Virus record (IMG/VR): IMGVR_UViG_3300017747_003784 | Coordinates: 1 to 39,207 of that record | Reading direction: 5' to 3' (one strand) | DNA from: a virus | Lineage: Duplodnaviria > Caudoviricetes | Length of the DNA: 39,207 bases | Part shown: piece by piece, positions 17,302 through 27,116 of the stretch | Layout: each line of letters begins with the position of its first letter | Numbering within the stretch: the stretch's first letter is position 1 | Notes under the pieces: model-generated | What the model was told of the DNA's origin: nothing | The model's database searches: none | Seen by the model: only the letters and a program-made list of their open reading frames with translations | Program-made: the position numbers and the translations under genes

Positions 17302-17589
17302 TTATGGTGTCGGCGGCGGGTTCTGTGAACACAAGTCGAAGTAAGGCGGCTGGTAGATATGACAATACGGCTGGTCGTTGATCCACACAAGCGGGAAAGT
17401 CATTCCCGGACGCGCGGGTAGTACATCCACGTTGCCCTGCTGCTGGGCCGAGTGGACCCCGTTTGCGCCGCCAGCGGACCCGTCCTCCCACACCCACACA
17501 ACGTCATAGGTAATCGCGGCGGGCGGCATCGGACCCGTACCCGGATACGTCGCAACGATGATGCCCCCGGATGGTTTAGAGTCCGCCAA
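17302..17589 (-). CDS. Small tail protein
   Basis: Coupled ORF in the tail operon. Confidence 0.6.
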   Translation of the reverse strand: MADSKPSGGIIVATYPGTGPMPPAAITYDVVWVWEDGSAGGANGVHSAQQQGNVDVLPARPGMTFPLVWINDQPYCHIYQPPYFDLCSQNPPPTP

Positions 17590-18544
17590 GTGGGTCCCCC
17601 GGTAGAGTCTGCCAGCCTAGGGGAGTGTTCCGCTTGTCGGGGAACCCATCGACAACGTAGACAATCGGGATGCTGATTCGCGCCCCGGTGTCAATGTCGC
17701 TGTATTCCTGATAGCCGGGAACGACTTGGTAGTTGTAGAACGGGGGGCGCGGGTCGGTCGCCGTTACGTAGAAGTTGCTCCGCACAGGGTCAGTCAAAGC
17801 GGGCGTAAAGATCGGGCCACCGGGCGAACCGGGGAAGGGCGGGTAGCCGGGTGTCGGGAGCGTCGGCTCGGTGATCCACTGGTACGCAACCGTATAGATC
17901 GACTGCCCCTCTTGGGCTGACCGTTGGGTGATCGACGGGGCAAGCATCATGTAGGGCTTGCCGTCTGGGAAGGTGTGAATCTGCCCCGTCTGAGCGGTGA
18001 TGTAGTCGCGGCCCGTACCGTCAAGGTTGAGAACGTCTACCGACCTGCTCCAGACCGTGCGGTAGTACACCGACTTGCGGGGGAAGTTCACCCATTCCCA
18101 AGACCGAGCCACGCCCGTCAGGTTCTGCCCGCCGCTCCCGTCCGGCGTGAACTGCGGAACCGTCCGCGCCGTCGCCACTAGGAAGGGCACAGACACCTCT
18201 CCCCGCTCGGGGTCGATGCGGAGGTATCCACGCTGCAAGTCGATGCCCGGTCGCCTGAGAACGGTCGTAAACCGCCCTGAGGACGAATACAGGGCGTACA
18301 TCACCGTCGAGAACTGGTCTAGCCGAGACTCAACCCCCACCCGGTCACAATACAGGTTCGGGTATCGGGGGTGTGCCTGCCCAACGGTCGGGAAGTCGTA
18401 GCCCACGGGGGGCTGATCGAGGCCGAGAACCGGAACCCGGAACCGCCTGCGAGCAACACCCGATGACCCGTCGAAATCTGCCTCTACAGAGTCGAACAGT
18501 TCCGAGAAGAAATCGGGCGTATTGGAGGCCGGTAGGTCGGGCAT
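17576..18544 (-). CDS. Putative distal tail/hub protein
   Basis: RRF.V...P.VG.AHP.YP.L.C....V.....V...YS pattern; tail operon position. Confidence 0.55.
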   Translation of the reverse strand: MPDLPASNTPDFFSELFDSVEADFDGSSGVARRRFRVPVLGLDQPPVGYDFPTVGQAHPRYPNLYCDRVGVESRLDQFSTVMYALYSSSGRFTTVLRRPGIDLQRGYLRIDPERGEVSVPFLVATARTVPQFTPDGSGGQNLTGVARSWEWVNFPRKSVYYRTVWSRSVDVLNLDGTGRDYITAQTGQIHTFPDGKPYMMLAPSITQRSAQEGQSIYTVAYQWITEPTLPTPGYPPFPGSPGGPIFTPALTDPVRSNFYVTATDPRPPFYNYQVVPGYQEYSDIDTGARISIPIVYVVDGFPDKRNTPLGWQTLPGDPLGGL

Positions 18545-18548
18545 TTAC

Positions 18549-19373
18549 TCACTTCTGGCCTACGGGCGTTGTGGTGGTGGCGGTCGTCTTTGCGTTCGGC
18601 TGGTTCAGAACCTGAGTCGATCCCGCCCACTGGTTGAGGGTGGTGATCGTGTTGTCGTACTTGCCGCCGTTGGCGATGTACGAACCTGGGTAGGCGTTGG
18701 CGGTTGTGATAACGCCAGCCGTCGCGCCGCCGTTATTCAGGATCAAGCGCGACCCGCCGTAGCAGTTCGCGGTTGTAACGTCTACACCAGAACCCTCAAG
18801 GGTTAGGCTGGTATTGGTTCCGAGATTGACCGTCGTAACGTCCGCTCGAATGACGTTGTTTCCACCACCCATGAGGAATGCGTTTGTGAACGCGGGGGTA
18901 ACGTCCATCGACGCGCCAGCCGAGTAAACGTCACCCATCGTCACGCCAGAGCCGACAACCACCCGACCAGACGAGCCGCCGACAAGCAACTCGTTATCGA
19001 ACGTGCCGCCCGTGTAGTAGAAGGTTCCGTTACCCGTAGACCCGATGGTGATCGATCCGACCGAACCCGTAACCGCGAAGGTCATAGATGCGTAGATGTA
19101 CGAGCCGCCCATCGACACGCGGATTTGAGTGGTGTTCGCGTGGTTGGCGAGGATCGAGATGGACGTACCGTTGCTGCCGATGTTGCCCGTGAATCCGGGC
19201 GTAACGCTCCAAGAGCGAAGGGCAATCGCAGACAAGGCAGTAAGGCCCGATGTGATCGAGATAGAACCCTGAGCGATGATGAAATCGTCATCGGCAGACG
19301 GAAGGGCACCCGTCGAGTAGTTCGCCGTGTTGCTCAAGTCTCCGTCTACACCAAGCCAGCGGACAGTTGCCAT
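18549..19373 (-). CDS. Beta-helix-like virion protein
   Basis: W.G.DGD.S..ANYS.G.LP..DD N-terminus; repetitive G/T/S/V/I beta segments. Confidence 0.65.
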   Translation of the reverse strand: MATVRWLGVDGDLSNTANYSTGALPSADDDFIIAQGSISITSGLTALSAIALRSWSVTPGFTGNIGSNGTSISILANHANTTQIRVSMGGSYIYASMTFAVTGSVGSITIGSTGNGTFYYTGGTFDNELLVGGSSGRVVVGSGVTMGDVYSAGASMDVTPAFTNAFLMGGGNNVIRADVTTVNLGTNTSLTLEGSGVDVTTANCYGGSRLILNNGGATAGVITTANAYPGSYIANGGKYDNTITTLNQWAGSTQVLNQPNAKTTATTTTPVGQK

Positions 19374-19383
19374 TGAAAGCCCC

Positions 19384-19746
19384 TTAGATCGTCTTAGCGA
19401 TGATGGAAACAAGGGCGGTCAGGGCCGCGCCGTTTGCCGTTGTCACCTGAACCCGAACCATCCGGTATTGGTCTACGTCCACCGTGGTAGTAATGCTCTC
19501 GGTCGAGTTGGTCTTAGTGAGCGAATACCACTTGCTCCCGTCCACCGATCCGTACATATCTGTTGCCCACCCACCGGGCGTACCCGCGTCGTATGTGATC
19601 TGATACGCCGCCTTGTTAGCGTTACCAAGCGTGAGCGTTGGTGTGTAGTTTCCAATCACGTTTAGATCGAACGCCTCCGCGTATAGAACCCCCGAACCGT
19701 TGGAGGTTGTTGCAATCCCCGTAGTTGGACCGGCTGGTAGTGGCAT
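19384..19746 (-). CDS. Small beta-sandwich virion protein
   Basis: GSVDGSKW...YRMVRV jelly-roll-type motif; TGATG coupling to the tail tube gene. Confidence 0.6.
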   Translation of the reverse strand: MPLPAGPTTGIATTSNGSGVLYAEAFDLNVIGNYTPTLTLGNANKAAYQITYDAGTPGGWATDMYGSVDGSKWYSLTKTNSTESITTTVDVDQYRMVRVQVTTANGAALTALVSIIAKTI

Positions 19747-20147
19747 CAGGCGACCGTGTAGGTTCCAGTAAAGGCGAAGTCGAACGTAACCTCAATCGGG
19801 TCAGACGTTTGGCCGTCTACGTTCAGCGAGAAGTTGCCGCAGACAGCGGTACCCGCGAACTTGCGGGAGGTGCTAATCAGGTTCAGGTCGAGCGTCGGGT
19901 TTGTGGTCGTCACCAGAGACAGGGCGGTAGTGCCGTCCGCAATCATGGTCAGCGTCCCCGTGCCCGTCTTGTTGCCCGTGCCTAGGAACTCAGAGAACCC
20001 GCCAGAGCCAAAGGAAGTAACGTCCTTTCGCCCCATGTCGTTATCGAGTGACCAAGACTTGATCGACCCAACGACAAGGCCCGCGCCCCAGTTGCCAGAG
20101 GTGCCAGTCGCCACTACCGAGCCGCCATTACCGAGAATCTTCGCCAT
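19746..20147 (-). CDS. Major tail tube protein (TP901-1/Phage_tail_2-like)
   Basis: SWSLD...KDVTSFGS...EF.G..K..TG; FAGTA....F........V.F.F..TG. Confidence 0.8.
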   Translation of the reverse strand: MAKILGNGGSVVATGTSGNWGAGLVVGSIKSWSLDNDMGRKDVTSFGSGGFSEFLGTGNKTGTGTLTMIADGTTALSLVTTTNPTLDLNLISTSRKFAGTAVCGNFSLNVDGQTSDPIEVTFDFAFTGTYTVA

Positions 20148-20158
20148 AGGTCAGCCCC

Positions 20159-20599
20159 TTAAACAGTCGTCGGGAAGCATGTAACTTGGTACACCTCAGC
20201 ATGGTGCCAAGCAAAGTCAGACTCAGGAACACCGATACCGCTTGAACGCTTGAAACTTACCGTCCATGTTAGGCCGTTGAACGTCGCAGTCGTCGATTTG
20301 TTGTGATACACGGTCATAAGGCGGGAGAGGATCGTTTCCGTACTTGCAAGGCCCAACGCCGCGCCCGTGGATGAGTTCCTTGGCGTGTAGACGTTGAACG
20401 CAAAGAACCCCGTAGAGCCGTTCCCGCCAAAAGAGTCAATCTCACCGTCCGCCTGAACGCTACCGACCATGAAGGGCGGGGTAGTCGTAGACGGGGCAAT
20501 CTGGATGAAGTACCCGCCCGTGAGTAGAGGCACAAGACCACCCGCGCCAGTGTCGGCGGCGAACATTGACTCAACCGCCTTGTAGACCAGTGGTATCAA
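20159..20599 (-). CDS. Tail terminator/completion protein (DUF3168-like)
   Basis: AP.....PF.V pattern; size and synteny. Confidence 0.65.
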   Translation of the reverse strand: MIPLVYKAVESMFAADTGAGGLVPLLTGGYFIQIAPSTTTPPFMVGSVQADGEIDSFGGNGSTGFFAFNVYTPRNSSTGAALGLASTETILSRLMTVYHNKSTTATFNGLTWTVSFKRSSGIGVPESDFAWHHAEVYQVTCFPTTV

Positions 20600-21111
20600 C
20601 GGACCCCCTTAAGACCGCCGCCAAGGGTTCGGGCCGCGCTTTCAACGATGATGCCGAACAGTTTGCCGGTTTCCTCTCGCAGCGTCCGCACGGCCCACGG
20701 GCGGGGCTGCTGTCCAAGCCCGCCAAACTCCAGCTTCAGGGCGTAATCATCGACCCGAACGCCAGTCTCAGAGTTCCGGGCCTCGCGTGCCACGCCAGCA
20801 GCCGCTACAAGGCTCTTGGCCGTCGCTACGTCCACTGAGATAGACCGATTGAGGCTTGTGGTGTCCATATGCGGGAACGCGCCGGGAAGGGACGTAGGCG
20901 GACCCTGAACCCCGATATTCCGCTTCATCGCACGGGCTACATGAACCGCTCCATCAGTGATGCCCACGGCCACCGCCTCATTGATCTGCTCTTTGAACGC
21001 TTCCCCTCGCCACTCAAACTCCATTTCACCGATCTTGGTCGTAACCGCCGCTCCACGGGTGATCGGAGCAAGGTTCCGGCCCTTGTTCGCCAGCGATTCT
21101 ATAGAGGCCAT
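20596..21111 (-). CDS. HK97 gp10-like neck protein
   Basis: S.PG.FP..DT..L.RSI; YA..LEFG....PRPW. Confidence 0.8.
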   Translation of the reverse strand: MASIESLANKGRNLAPITRGAAVTTKIGEMEFEWRGEAFKEQINEAVAVGITDGAVHVARAMKRNIGVQGPPTSLPGAFPHMDTTSLNRSISVDVATAKSLVAAAGVAREARNSETGVRVDDYALKLEFGGLGQQPRPWAVRTLREETGKLFGIIVESAARTLGGGLKGVR

Positions 21112-21449
21112 TACAGCACCTCCGTGCCGCGAAGCATCCAGTACGTAGACCGCCCGGCGTGGTCGGCCTTGGCGGGGTTGGAGTCGATCAGCGTCCCTGT
21201 GTACTCCCCACTTGTGACCTTCAGCCGAGCGTTCACTGGCACCGTTGCCGAGTTTGGCACGTACACGTTGAACGTCCTCTTCTTGGTCTGACGCTCAAAC
21301 TCCATCGACTCTTGGGAAGTGTCAATCTGTACAGCTGCCCTGCTAGAAACAGCCGTAACCGTATCGGTCCACGCGCCGTAAGCGTCTTTCGTTTGGCTTC
21401 CGGGGGTGAGAATATCCACCGTCACATTGAGCATTGAAAGCAGGCTCAC
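21111..21449 (-). CDS. Head closure (head-tail adaptor, SPP1 gp16-like)
   Basis: L..TV.I......D.YG.W motif; size and synteny. Confidence 0.65.
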   Translation of the reverse strand: MSLLSMLNVTVDILTPGSQTKDAYGAWTDTVTAVSSRAAVQIDTSQESMEFERQTKKRTFNVYVPNSATVPVNARLKVTSGEYTGTLIDSNPAKADHAGRSTYWMLRGTEVL

Positions 21450-22093
21450 GTAGACACCCGCTTCCACAACTGGACACGCTCGCCAAACAATGCCCACACA
21501 TTGCCGACAGCACCGCCAACCGTTCCCCGGTCGTACTTGTAGTGCCCCAGAGTTTCAGACTTCATCGAAAGGTCTACGCCGATCTGAGCAAAGGCCGTAG
21601 CCGTCGCGTCGTACATCAGTTTCTTGAGGGCCGCAGGCATCGCGTTCGATGCGTACCCACCCACGTAGACGATCTTGATATTCCGCCAGCCGTCAGGGAA
21701 CACGGGGGCGCGATTGAACGTCATCGGGTAAGGCAACGGTGCCCACCATGAATCACACCCGCCCGTGCCCCACATTCCGCCCGTCTGGCGCGAGATAAGC
21801 CCGCTGGATGCCTCGATCTTGTAACCCGTCGCCTCGTAGGTGTACTGAACCGTCTCGGCACGGTCGATCAACTGAACGGACGTTACCGAAGTCACCGGGT
21901 AGTTGTTGACGCTCACCGTTGGCGAGTCGGACCCATCGACGTACTCGGTATACGTGCCGGTATCGAACAAGCGACCCGTAAGCCGCTCCAGTTCGTCCTG
22001 CAACGCGGGAATGAGAACGTCCAACTGAGCGTCATAGGTAGACCCGCTGATACCCGCGTAGGTCTTGTACTCGGTTGTGGTGATGATTGCCAA
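21446..22093 (-). CDS. Head-tail connector (gp6-like)
   Basis: KTYAGI....D..L..LI..........GR.F; PV.SVTSV; NI.I.Y.GGY...P..L. Confidence 0.8.
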   Translation of the reverse strand: MAIITTTEYKTYAGISGSTYDAQLDVLIPALQDELERLTGRLFDTGTYTEYVDGSDSPTVSVNNYPVTSVTSVQLIDRAETVQYTYEATGYKIEASSGLISRQTGGMWGTGGCDSWWAPLPYPMTFNRAPVFPDGWRNIKIVYVGGYASNAMPAALKKLMYDATATAFAQIGVDLSMKSETLGHYKYDRGTVGGAVGNVWALFGERVQLWKRVST

Positions 22094-22130
22094 AACCCCC
22101 GCCCCGCTTATTCAGCAGGGGCAGGAGCGA
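22090..22130 (-). terminator. Intrinsic terminator-like hairpin after the head genes
   Basis: Minus strand CUCCUGCCCC-UGCU-GAAUA-AGC-GGGGCGGGGG followed by UUUU. Confidence 0.5.
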
Positions 22131-22141
22131 AAGGAGGAGGC

Positions 22142-22585
22142 TTACGGGATCGAGAGGTAGCCCGACACGCCACGCTCGGCAGCGGTGTTCGGAGTCTGTG
22201 CCGCACGGCTCAGAATCCAAGTCACCTGAACCAAGGTCGTTGCGCCCGTGGTGATTTCGAGGGTGAGGAACTTCTTGCGAACACTGCCCGCACCGAGGGG
22301 GACGTTGAACATAAACGACGTACCCGCGTCCGCAGTCTGGGGGAGCCGACCGTCGCCGGTGGAACCCGAAGCCGTGAGGCCGGTAATCGCCGTGTACGTG
22401 CCGCCTGAGGTTTCGCACTCAGTCAGACGCATCACGGTCGCCGCGCCGCCGATCACACCAAACGAAACGATTGCCGTTGCGTAGGAGTAACCGGAGGTAT
22501 CGACGGCAAGCGGGGTAGCCGCTCCCGAGTTGATCGAGATTGGGGCCAGCCCAACCACGTTCTTAACATTCTGCATATCAATCAT
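22142..22585 (-). CDS. Capsid decoration/cement-like protein
   Basis: VD..GY...L.E....G..Y...KKFL.L jelly-roll pattern; directly after the capsid gene. Confidence 0.55.
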   Translation of the reverse strand: MIDMQNVKNVVGLAPISINSGAATPLAVDTSGYSYATAIVSFGVIGGAATVMRLTECETSGGTYTAITGLTASGSTGDGRLPQTADAGTSFMFNVPLGAGSVRKKFLTLEITTGATTLVQVTWILSRAAQTPNTAAERGVSGYLSIP

Positions 22586-22617
22586 GGAAGAGTCTCCGTT
22601 TGTGGTTGAGGGGTTGT

Positions 22618-24081
22618 TTAGGTCGTCTTGAGGGCAGCGATGGGGCCAACGGTTGAACCGCGACCGTCACCGTGGATGTTGACCGCGAAGCGGCTGATTG
22701 CACGGAAGGCCATCTGGTCAGAGCTGAAGTTGACCGACGCATCCGACTGGATGCGGAGTTCGCTGTGAACGCCGAGCATGGTCGCCGCTTGGAAGTTGCC
22801 GTAGTAGGCCCAAGGAACGCCACTGGAGGGAGTCGCGGTGGGGAGAGCCTGCGAGAAGTACACGGGGTCGCCGTTGATCGACGCATTGGCACCGTTCACG
22901 CCGGGGTTAGCCAGCGAGTAGATGGCAAGGTCGATGTTTTTGTTTCCGCCGCCAGCGTTGAACAGGCGACCGAACACCTGATAGAACGCCTGACGCGACA
23001 TGACCCATGAGGACTGCATGTAGGGGTGGATGTTCTCGACCGAGCCGGGAGCGAGCGTTGCGGAAGTGAGGGTGTTAGCCGCCCACGTTGCACCCGCAGC
23101 GAGGTACGCACCGGAGGGCAGGGCCGTCTTAAGGCCGGTCTGACCGCCGTAGGTAGCCGTGCCGTCACCGATGAAGTAGGCCGCATCCTCTGCAATCGCC
23201 TGACCCTCGGCAACGCTCTGGGCGAACTGATCGGCAATCGAAACCGCCGAATCGTCCATCAGTTCGTTGCTGACCACCATCAGACCGCCGTACTTGCGGG
23301 GGTTGAGGGTGATGAGGTCGTAGGTGTTGTCGGAAGCGGTGATCGTCGCACCCTCACCGATGTACTGCATGGTGAGCAGGGCCGTCTTGCGGGGACGCTT
23401 CCAGTCATCGGTCTTGCTGAACCGCTGGACGTTGGCGATCTTGCGAGCCACACCGTACTGCTCAGTGAGCCAAAGGACGTTCGCGTAGAACTCAGGCGGA
23501 ACCAGAACACCCGCCGAAGCGTTGTTCGTCTCGCTCGATGCCTTGCCCACGATTGCAAGGTCATTCGCACGCTGGGCGTAGTTCACAAACCCCTTGAGGT
23601 TGTGGAACGCCAAACGCATGTACGCACCCGCGTACTCGGCCTGATCGGGGTCGTTGAATACCGCCTTATTGGGGTCGCCAACGGGCAGGTGAGCGGTGTT
23701 CTTGATCTTCTGGGCGTAAGCCTTGCGATCAATCTCCCGCTTGGGGTCGCGGATGCCGACAGCCTTCTGGGTGACGACTTCGGCAGCGGCCTTGCGGCTG
23801 TCCTTGAGCATCGCCTCGGCGGAGGGCTTGGCATCGTCGTCGCCAACGGTGACGGCCTTCTTCTCGACTTCAGCCTTGGCCGAAGTCTCAATCTCCGGCT
23901 CATCCTCGATAACGAGAGCGGCCTTGACTTCCCATGCAGCCTTGAACGCCGCCTCATCCAGAACGGTCGCGCCGTTCTTGAGCTCGATGTTCTCGGCCTT
24001 GACAAACGCCAGAGCCTCATCCAGCGTCTTGCCGGTGAAGCCCGCACCCGTGAGGGCTTTCAGGATCTTCTTGCGATTCAT
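22618..24081 (-). CDS. Major capsid protein, HK97 fold, with N-terminal scaffold-like domain
   Basis: AGVLVPPEF, YIGEG..I..S, ITL.PRK.GG...VSNEL.DDS, ED.A.F.GDG, W.MS, G.PV, YGNF, D..AFRA..R. Confidence 0.93.
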   Translation of the reverse strand: MNRKKILKALTGAGFTGKTLDEALAFVKAENIELKNGATVLDEAAFKAAWEVKAALVIEDEPEIETSAKAEVEKKAVTVGDDDAKPSAEAMLKDSRKAAAEVVTQKAVGIRDPKREIDRKAYAQKIKNTAHLPVGDPNKAVFNDPDQAEYAGAYMRLAFHNLKGFVNYAQRANDLAIVGKASSETNNASAGVLVPPEFYANVLWLTEQYGVARKIANVQRFSKTDDWKRPRKTALLTMQYIGEGATITASDNTYDLITLNPRKYGGLMVVSNELMDDSAVSIADQFAQSVAEGQAIAEDAAYFIGDGTATYGGQTGLKTALPSGAYLAAGATWAANTLTSATLAPGSVENIHPYMQSSWVMSRQAFYQVFGRLFNAGGGNKNIDLAIYSLANPGVNGANASINGDPVYFSQALPTATPSSGVPWAYYGNFQAATMLGVHSELRIQSDASVNFSSDQMAFRAISRFAVNIHGDGRGSTVGPIAALKTT

Positions 24082-24193
24082 GTTGTAACTCCGAAAGGTG
24101 TTAAACGCTACCTGCGCTCACCGTCTCGGGTTACGTCGGGCTTCTTAGGGCCGTTCCCAACCGTCGCGCGGACTATTGGCTGGACGCAATATA

Positions 24194-24823
24194 CTAGACC
24201 ACGATTTGAGTAGGCGTGAGTTGGATGGTTTTCTTGGGAACGTACATCGACGCGGGACCGGCTAGCGTCTGACACCGCACATTGCATGGGATTCCGGTGC
24301 CGGACACCTCGATTGCCTTCCAGCGGCGAACGCTGGTCTGGGCACCGGGCCACACCTTCCGTTCGGAGGGGGTAAGGCCGGACACCTCAAGGCCGATGAA
24401 CCCGATGGAAATACCCATCGGACCGTACAGCGAGCGCGTCCAGAAGTCGTCAGCGTGGGGAGTCTTGAGGCTGGGGTAGATAAACGCCCGCATCTTCCAC
24501 CCCACCTGCCTTTCCCCTTCCATGTACTTTGACTTTGCCCGCACAAGTCCGATGCAATACTCGGAGTCGTACTTGTGGTCTAGAAACATCTTCTTCTGGT
24601 TAGCGTTGTCGAAATACGACCAATCTCCGCCAGCCGGATCGACTACCTCTTCGTCAAGGTCAACGTCACTGGTAGTTGCGATGAACTCCAATACCCGCTC
24701 GGTGTCTGTGACCTGAGCCTCGGCCTTGACCATGTAGCCACCAAGAACCCCGGTGGCTTCGCCGTCTTTCACCTTGAACTTGTGCCGCATCTGCGCCATT
24801 GCTTCGGACATGTGGGTACTCAT
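24194..24823 (-). CDS. HK97-family prohead protease
   Basis: F.ATT..VD.D.EVV, FLDH, GISIGF, EVS..GIP.N. Confidence 0.85.
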   Translation of the reverse strand: MSTHMSEAMAQMRHKFKVKDGEATGVLGGYMVKAEAQVTDTERVLEFIATTSDVDLDEEVVDPAGGDWSYFDNANQKKMFLDHKYDSEYCIGLVRAKSKYMEGERQVGWKMRAFIYPSLKTPHADDFWTRSLYGPMGISIGFIGLEVSGLTPSERKVWPGAQTSVRRWKAIEVSGTGIPCNVRCQTLAGPASMYVPKKTIQLTPTQIVV

Positions 24824-25677
24824 TCGTCACTCTCCAACTCGTAGCCGTCCATGTCTCCGCCCATAAGTACGTAATCAAGCCAGCAACGGCAGTTTACATG
24901 GAGGGTCGGGCCGTAAATGTCCGCGTAGTCGAATACCAGCGTGTCGAACTCTGGTACAAGTTCGCCGTCCGGGGTGGATGAGAAATGACCATCCCGCCCG
25001 GTCGGAATGCTCAGCGTTTCGCCCTTCTTAAAGAACGGCTCACCCATCGGGGTTTCCGCGCCATGCATATGTTCGCAGAACTTGCATACGTCGGGGTCTT
25101 CCTCGGTGTGCCAAACGGCCATCGTCACAACGTCCGAATCCTCCCACGCTTGCAGGGTGCCGCGTGTGAACCCCGTAACCGTCTCCGTAGACGAAACCCG
25201 CTCCGGCCCCACCTTGGTCAACTCTTCCAACTTCGCACCAGCAGCGGCCTTCACTTCATCGGGCGGCAACCCCTCATCCTTCGCCCTTGCAGCAGCCGCC
25301 TTCATCTCATCGTGAATCGTGTCCACAATCGAGCGAGAAGCCCGCGCCGCTTCCTCTTTGGCAAAGACAAAGGCGGGTGAGTCGGCTGGAACGGTGGGGA
25401 TGGTCGGGGGGATTGCTGGAACCACCCTCCGAAGTCGCTCGGCCCCGTCTGCGTACCCGTCCTCATGCATCCGCACAAGGAACAGCAGCAGGATCACGTA
25501 CAGCCGCTCCCGCTCCCTCTTCCGGTCGAGTTCTACCTCGCCGTCACGGTACTCCCATTGGACCGTCTCGTAGAACCGCCGAACCTCATCGGTAAAGGCG
25601 TCCTCTTGTGCTGCTACGGTGTCATATGGGCTATACACCGCAACGTCTGTAGCGTCTTTGGTCCGGGGCTTACACAC
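24820..25677 (-). CDS. Mu gpF/SPP1 gp7-like minor head morphogenesis protein
   Basis: R.SSTET, W...ED..VC..C..MHG, P.LHVNCRC; GTG 25677 with AAGGGGG RBS. Confidence 0.85.
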   Translation of the reverse strand: MCKPRTKDATDVAVYSPYDTVAAQEDAFTDEVRRFYETVQWEYRDGEVELDRKRERERLYVILLLFLVRMHEDGYADGAERLRRVVPAIPPTIPTVPADSPAFVFAKEEAARASRSIVDTIHDEMKAAAARAKDEGLPPDEVKAAAGAKLEELTKVGPERVSSTETVTGFTRGTLQAWEDSDVVTMAVWHTEEDPDVCKFCEHMHGAETPMGEPFFKKGETLSIPTGRDGHFSSTPDGELVPEFDTLVFDYADIYGPTLHVNCRCWLDYVLMGGDMDGYELESDE

Positions 25678-27112
25678 GCGGCGTTTCCCCCTTGCCAGCG
25701 AGTGATGATCGGCTATAGAACGTCTTGCCCTCGGTCTTTGGCTTTTCGGTCGGCTTCTCTTTCGGCTTGCCCGTGAGGGGATCGACGGGAGCGGACACCT
25801 TGCCAACGTCGGCCAGCAGCGTGCCCTTGTACCGCAGTTCATCCCCGTCAGGGAGAGGATCAAGCCCGCGAATCGCCCGCGCCTCGTTGATCGTCCACAG
25901 GGCTAGGTCTACGTCAAGCCGCGACTGTTCCTCTACCGTTTTCTGGTCCTCGGTATCAGGGTTGTCGTAGGCGTACCAAACCTCTCCGGGCTTGTAGCCG
26001 AAGGTGGGCAGGTAGTTCTCGTTCAACCGCTCGCAGACAGAGGAAAGGCGGTTAGCGATGGTCTGGGAGAGGTATTGCTGCCGGGCCTCAAACTCCCGAC
26101 CACCACCACCCAAAGACTTGTCGCTCATCTCCAGCAACGCAAGCGGAACGCCAAACGCATTCAGGATCGTGCGGCGCATCCGGTCCATCCCGTCGCCGTA
26201 CTCCATCTCGCGCGGCGACCACTGGAGGGGCTGAATCGTCATCTCGTCACCAGATACGACAATGGGCTTTCCGCCCTTGCGTGCCCCTTGGTGGCGGCGT
26301 TCTAGCAGAGCCTTCGTTTGGTCGATCTGAGCCTGAGTCGATCCCTTTGGTAGCATGACCGAGTAATCTGGGCGTGCCCCGTTGTTCCAAAACGACTGCT
26401 CGTAGACAACCGCACTGGCGTAAATGTCCGCCTCGACCGTAACGCCGTTCAAGCAACCCACGCCCATCCAAGGGTTCTGGGGGCTGGGCATGTGCTTGAA
26501 CTGAATGACGTTGGAAGCCGGGATTTCCTCGCGGCCCGTGTAGTTGCGGCCATAGCGGTAGGCAAAGATGCCATCATCCCCGATGCTCGGAACGGTCCAC
26601 TGTGGATAGAGCGTGAGCAGGTTCTTGGGCGGTGCGTTCGCGCTCGCGTCGTGCTGAACGTAGGCGTTACCGTTAATGTCGAGGAAGTAGAACAGCAATC
26701 GCCGGAACTCAATGCCCGTGTCCGTGAAGTTGGGATTTGACAGCAGGGCGTTAGCGGGCGCGTCCTCAACCTCGGTGATGTTCTTTGCGTTGTCCGCGTA
26801 AGCAGCTGCCTTCCCCTTCACCCCACGCCGAAGCCAATCAGCCTCTAACCCCTTGACCTTGCGGCCCTTGCCAGCCTTGGTATACAGGCGGATCGGCACG
26901 GAGGCGCAGTACATCGCGTTCATCGCGGCGCAGATGTTGACGTATCCGGTTGCCCTCATTAGCAACTCGGCTTGACTCGCGTTATAGGTGTAGACCCGCT
27001 GTGCCTTGTCGTCGGGCGTTACCGTCGCGTAGAAGTAGCGGCCCTCGACAAGATCGACGGGTGGGCGAATGACCAGACCCTTAACCCGCGCCAGAATGTC
27101 TGAGATTCCCAT
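25670..27112 (-). CDS. Portal protein (HK97/lambda-like family)
   Basis: LL..PN, L.INGNAY, VIQFK..P..P.MG, F.NGARP, I..AFGVP..L, TINEAR...GL.P. Confidence 0.93.
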   Translation of the reverse strand: MGISDILARVKGLVIRPPVDLVEGRYFYATVTPDDKAQRVYTYNASQAELLMRATGYVNICAAMNAMYCASVPIRLYTKAGKGRKVKGLEADWLRRGVKGKAAAYADNAKNITEVEDAPANALLSNPNFTDTGIEFRRLLFYFLDINGNAYVQHDASANAPPKNLLTLYPQWTVPSIGDDGIFAYRYGRNYTGREEIPASNVIQFKHMPSPQNPWMGVGCLNGVTVEADIYASAVVYEQSFWNNGARPDYSVMLPKGSTQAQIDQTKALLERRHQGARKGGKPIVVSGDEMTIQPLQWSPREMEYGDGMDRMRRTILNAFGVPLALLEMSDKSLGGGGREFEARQQYLSQTIANRLSSVCERLNENYLPTFGYKPGEVWYAYDNPDTEDQKTVEEQSRLDVDLALWTINEARAIRGLDPLPDGDELRYKGTLLADVGKVSAPVDPLTGKPKEKPTEKPKTEGKTFYSRSSLAGKGETPRV

Positions 27113-27116
27113 TTAG

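Noticed and set aside
24082-24185. Structured RNA leader before the capsid gene
   Set aside because: Only 3-5-bp stems found by eye; too weak without covariation data
23026-24213. 395-aa plus-strand ORF and similar long antisense ORFs (e.g. 12083-12829, 27735-28466, 5714-6619)
   Set aside because: Shadow frames of GC-rich genes on the opposite strand; no motifs or RBS
25660-25700. GGGGGAAAC slippery site fusing portal to the gpF-like gene
   Set aside because: The heptamer is not in the portal frame, the needed shift is +1, and a GTG with a good RBS explains the downstream gene
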